Shown here one piece after another: positions 63,313 to 64,000 of a stretch of DNA of 64,000 nt; the stretch's first letter is position 1; the number at the start of each line of letters is the position of its first letter. Below the pieces are notes generated by a model that was not told the origin of the DNA, did no database searches, and saw only the letters and a program-made list of their open reading frames with translations. Position numbers and translations under genes: made by a program. Source of the DNA: Lytechinus pictus (lineage: Eukaryota). The stretch lies in the NCBI RefSeq assembly GCF_037042905.1, contig NC_087251.1:35590001-35654000 (forward strand), in the 5' to 3' direction.

Positions 63313-64000
63313 TACTATTTTTATATTATTATTTTTAACCGATTTCAATGTCAAATACCTCTTTTATAATGTCTCCAAATGAGCAGATGGGAACATAATG
63401 TAAACACCTTCAAAGGGGAATAAAAGAAGTATTTTAGTATAAAAATTGTAATTACCACTTGATAGAAATATATCGATCACGATCCAATACATATCATTTC
63501 TGGAATGATATACAAAAAAAAGAATTAATTTTGACAATAAAGTGCAATCGCCCGATAGCAAATATCAGAAGTAGCAAGATCCCAACAGTTTTTGGGGCAC
63601 CCCCTGGGTAACATTTCCCACCTTCAGTGCCACTGCCAGACCTACACATCCAAACGTGTATGGGAGGGAGGGGGTGGGCTGCAAAATGCAGGGCAACGAG
63701 GAACTGCGAGGTGACCAAATATCATCGTGTATTGGTAATTTTATGACCGAATGTATAATTTCTGCACGTTTCACATCATGTAAAAAGGCTAAATAATAAT
63801 TGAAAAAAAAATGTTTGCTCGCTTCGAATTTGAGCAATTATTATTATTATCATTATTATTATTATTATTAAAATATTATTATTATTATCATTATCATTAT
63901 TTATTACTATTTGACAGAATTTAAAACAAATCAATTTAACTCTTCAGTTCCAATGATAAAAATATTTGTTAAAGTAACAAAAAAATTAGACACTGGATGA

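Noticed and set aside
63568..63711. Further exon of the 56.5 kb gene
   Set aside because: GC-rich and open in some frames, but acceptors are weak and no motif is recognisable.

Overview
AT-rich, intron-containing animal DNA, most likely sea urchin (echinoderm-type arginine kinase, echinoid-like repeats). Three + strand genes were assembled by hand from GT-AG exons. (1) An echinoderm CK-derived arginine kinase (6786-12726) has an extra last exon adding an Ala/Glu/Lys linker and a polybasic CAAX end ([12 protein letters not shown]); an in-frame stop overlaps the donor that leads to this exon. (2) A divergent TMEM145-like 7TM gene (16563-34246, 20 exons, about 1075 aa) has a ~645 aa Ser/Thr/Pro-rich tail built from phase-0 exons. 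(3) The start of an uncharacterised gene (56537 onward) combines a RHIM/cRHIM-like motif with a TRADD-N-like domain. The rest is nested mobile DNA: Helentron/DINE-1-like elements, a ~3.6 kb Academ-like foldback, tRNA-derived SINEs and many MITEs. A 10.2 kb block bounded by an 8-bp TSD (43195-53433) holds a near-intact CR1/L2-group LINE with one nonsense codon and a probable Polinton/Maverick end, including a C2H2 gene split by a MITE. That block interrupts an old local duplicate of the 34.2-35.8 kb segment. All homology calls come from recalled family motifs, not database searches.
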